Assembly: GCA_034667685.1 (NCBI GenBank) | Contig: JAXDQU010000106.1 | Span: 11,610-75,609, forward strand | DNA: 64,000 bases | Source of the DNA: Thermoplasmata archaeon | GTDB taxonomy: Archaea; Thermoplasmatota; SW-10-69-26; JACQPN01; JAJPHT01 | Direction of reading: 5' to 3' | Notes under the pieces: generated by a model | Told to the model about the DNA's origin: nothing | Databases searched by the model: none | The model's input: the letters and a program-made list of their open reading frames with translations, nothing else | Shown here: piece after piece, positions 62,301-64,000 of the stretch | How positions within the stretch are numbered: the stretch's first letter is position 1 | How the letters are laid out: each line of letters opens with the position of its first letter | Position numbers and translations under genes: made by a program

Positions 62301-62380
62301 CTCGACATATAAGGGTGCTGGGCTGGCCGTTGAAACGAGATTGAAACAACGCTTCAGGCCGCGATTTGACGATTGAAATC
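62301..62380 (-). promoter_or_regulatory. AT-rich promoter region: TATA box (CCCTTATATG on the coding strand) ~20 nt upstream of the regulator start, plus three TTTCAA repeats
   Basis: TATAAG-type box at ~62306..62313. TTGAAA (plus-strand view) at ~62330, 62341 and 62373, the first two spaced 11 bp apart. Confidence 0.45.
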
Positions 62381-63122
62381 AGGCGCGGCGCGCTTTCTGG
62401 ACGGCGGCGATGACCTCGCCGAGCCGGTCGAAGTGGCCGTTCTCCGCGATGGTCCCGGTGACCAGGATGTCGGCTCCGGCGGCCAGGATCGCCTCGGCCT
62501 GGGCGCCGCTCCGGATGCCGCCCCCCACCACCAGGGGGATCTTGATCGCGGCGCGGACCGCGCGCACGATCTCGACGGGGCAGGGCTCGGGCGCGCCGGA
62601 GCCGCATTCGAGGTAGACGACACGCATGCCGAACATCTCGGCCGCCAGCGCCAGGCTCGCCGCCCGCGTGGCACCCGCCGCGTCCCGCGTGATGAGATCC
62701 GCCTGGCTGACCTGGCCGACCTTCATGCCCGGCGCGACGATGAGATAGCCCATCGGGATCGCCTCGGTGCCCAAGGCGCGCAGGAGCGGGGCGCCGCGCG
62801 CCTGCTCGCCCACGATCATGCGCGGGTCGCGCGAGTTGAGCACGCTGAGGAACCAGATCGCGTCCACGTGCGGCGACATCGCGCTCGCCGTGCTCGGGAA
62901 GAGGATCACGGGCAGGTGCGTCTTCTCCCGGACGTGCAGGACGAGCTCGTCGAGGTTCTCGCTCGACACGTCGGTGCTCCCGCCCACCATGATCGCGTCG
63001 GTGCCGGCCTCCGCCGCCAGCGTGGCGATGCGCTCGCCCGCCTTCCCGCTGGAGGTCGCCGGATCGAGCAGCGTCATGTGGACCGGGCCGCCGCGCAGGC
63101 GCTCCTCCACGTGGGCCCACAC
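62379..63122 (-). CDS. geranylgeranylglyceryl phosphate synthase (PcrB family)
   Basis: GTG start giving VWAHVEERLRGGPVHMTLLDP (W-x-H...LDP N-terminal motif), IMVGGS, VVYLECGSGA, PLVVGGGIRS blocks. Confidence 0.8.
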   Translation of the reverse strand: MWAHVEERLRGGPVHMTLLDPATSSGKAGERIATLAAEAGTDAIMVGGSTDVSSENLDELVLHVREKTHLPVILFPSTASAMSPHVDAIWFLSVLNSRDPRMIVGEQARGAPLLRALGTEAIPMGYLIVAPGMKVGQVSQADLITRDAAGATRAASLALAAEMFGMRVVYLECGSGAPEPCPVEIVRAVRAAIKIPLVVGGGIRSGAQAEAILAAGADILVTGTIAENGHFDRLGEVIAAVQKARRA

Positions 63123-63133
63123 CCTCGCGCGCG

Positions 63134-63970
63134 TCACCAACCCGCCACCACCTGCGCCCGCCCCGCCACGAGGGCCGCGAGCGCCAGCACCATCCCGGCC
63201 TTCACGAGGCGCTGGGCCCGGTCCGGACGCGAGAAGCCCGTCGCCACCGCCGCCAAGAAAGCAGCATCGGCCAAGGCGACCGCGGGAACATAGGCCCACC
63301 CTAAAACGTTTCCCCGCCACCACGGCCACGGCGAGAGCAGCACGGTGGCCACCAGGAACGCGCCCGCCACGAGCGCCGCGCCGCGCGCCCCGACGCGCAT
63401 CGGCAACGTCCGCCGCGCGCCGCGATCCGCCTCGACGTCCTCCACGTCCTTGAGCACCTCGCGCCCCACCGTCGCCAACGCCGCGAGCGCCGCGACCACG
63501 AGGACGGGCCACGCGAGCCCGCCCGCCGCCAGGCCACCCACGAGGAACGGCGCGGCCGTCAACGCGCCGATGGCGAGGTTGCCCACGAGGCCCTGCGCCT
63601 TCAGCGCGCGCTCGTACCCTTCCATCAGCGGAAGCGCGACCAGCACGAGCAGGCCCACCCACGGCGCGATCAGGAAGCCCGCCGCGAGCGCGACCGCGTA
63701 GAGGGCGAGGGCCGCGACGTTCGCCGCGCGCGCCGAGACGAGCCCTCGGGGAAGCGGCCGCGACGGATGCGCCACGCGATCGACCTCGACGTCGAGCACG
63801 TCGTTGCGCAGGTTGCCCGCCGCCGCGAACGCGACCGACGCCAGGATCGCGAGCCCGACGCGCCACGCGGGAAGGAGCGCCGCGCCCGCCAGCAGCGAGC
63901 CGGCCCACGCCCCCGCGCCCGCGACGAGCACGTTGGCGGGGCGCGTCATGCGGACCAGCGGCGCGAGCAC
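63134..63970 (-). CDS. UbiA-family digeranylgeranylglyceryl phosphate synthase
   Basis: Polytopic UbiA prenyltransferase with Asp-rich motifs (NDVLDVEVDR, KDVEDVEADR). Adjacent to the GGGPS gene as in many archaea. Confidence 0.75.
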   Translation of the reverse strand: MLAPLVRMTRPANVLVAGAGAWAGSLLAGAALLPAWRVGLAILASVAFAAAGNLRNDVLDVEVDRVAHPSRPLPRGLVSARAANVAALALYAVALAAGFLIAPWVGLLVLVALPLMEGYERALKAQGLVGNLAIGALTAAPFLVGGLAAGGLAWPVLVVAALAALATVGREVLKDVEDVEADRGARRTLPMRVGARGAALVAGAFLVATVLLSPWPWWRGNVLGWAYVPAVALADAAFLAAVATGFSRPDRAQRLVKAGMVLALAALVAGRAQVVAGW

Positions 63971-64000
63971 GGGCGGCGAAGGCGCAGCGAGCGGATGAAG

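Noticed and set aside
1-64000. CRISPR array, rRNA or tRNA genes
   Set aside because: No regularly spaced direct repeats and no stretches with rRNA/tRNA-like conserved motifs noticed. The repeats present are palindromic or dispersed, not repeat-spacer arrays. A dedicated tRNA scan was not possible by eye, so a tRNA in the 42724..43173 gap cannot be fully excluded.

Overview
High-GC (~70%) archaeal chromosomal segment, probably euryarchaeal. Archaeal hallmarks: aIF2-beta, GGGP synthase and DGGGP synthase for ether lipids, the ADH-synthase/DHQ-synthase-II variant of the shikimate pathway, a PGF-CTERM protein and an archaeosortase, dense N-glycosylation sequons, and leaderless TATA promoters. TAG is used as a stop codon. 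Gene density is high, with many 4-nt ATGA/GTGA/TTGA stop-start overlaps. Recognisable content runs from htpX-lemA through meaB plus a B12-binding MCM subunit, larB, aIF2beta with a C-terminal TRAM domain, etfBA, a livHMGF ABC transporter, a diiron oxygenase-like pair, vapBC, speA followed by two NDUFAF7-like methyltransferases (the first interrupted by an in-frame TAG), a hutH-like MIO ammonia-lyase with two GNATs, a SoxA/2Fe-2S/SoxB-like flavoprotein dehydrogenase trio, a nine-gene aromatic amino-acid operon that also contains lysC and asd, an ACT-domain regulator, a membrane-tethered dual-wHTH regulator, and the GGGPS/DGGGPS pair. Accessory and unusual content: (i) an archaeosortase gene divergent from three tandem paralogous Gly-rich (GGxGG-repeat) secreted proteins, the ~6.8 kb block flanked by an exact 22-bp direct repeat; (ii) a membrane 7TM-V4R sensor co-transcribed with three tandem small Cys-rich secreted proteins, plus further small secreted Cys-rich proteins scattered through the window; (iii) two copies of a ~200-bp MITE-like element with ~33-bp terminal inverted repeats; (iv) a (GAG)12 microsatellite encoding a poly-Leu signal peptide; (v) a perfect 27-bp hairpin inside the liv operon and a 16-mer direct repeat flanking livF; (vi) a palindromic GTGAACG-repeat cluster; (vii) an uncharacterised three-gene operon. 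No rRNA, tRNA or CRISPR array was recognised by eye. Coordinates of non-coding elements are approximate (+/- a few nt) because they were counted by hand.
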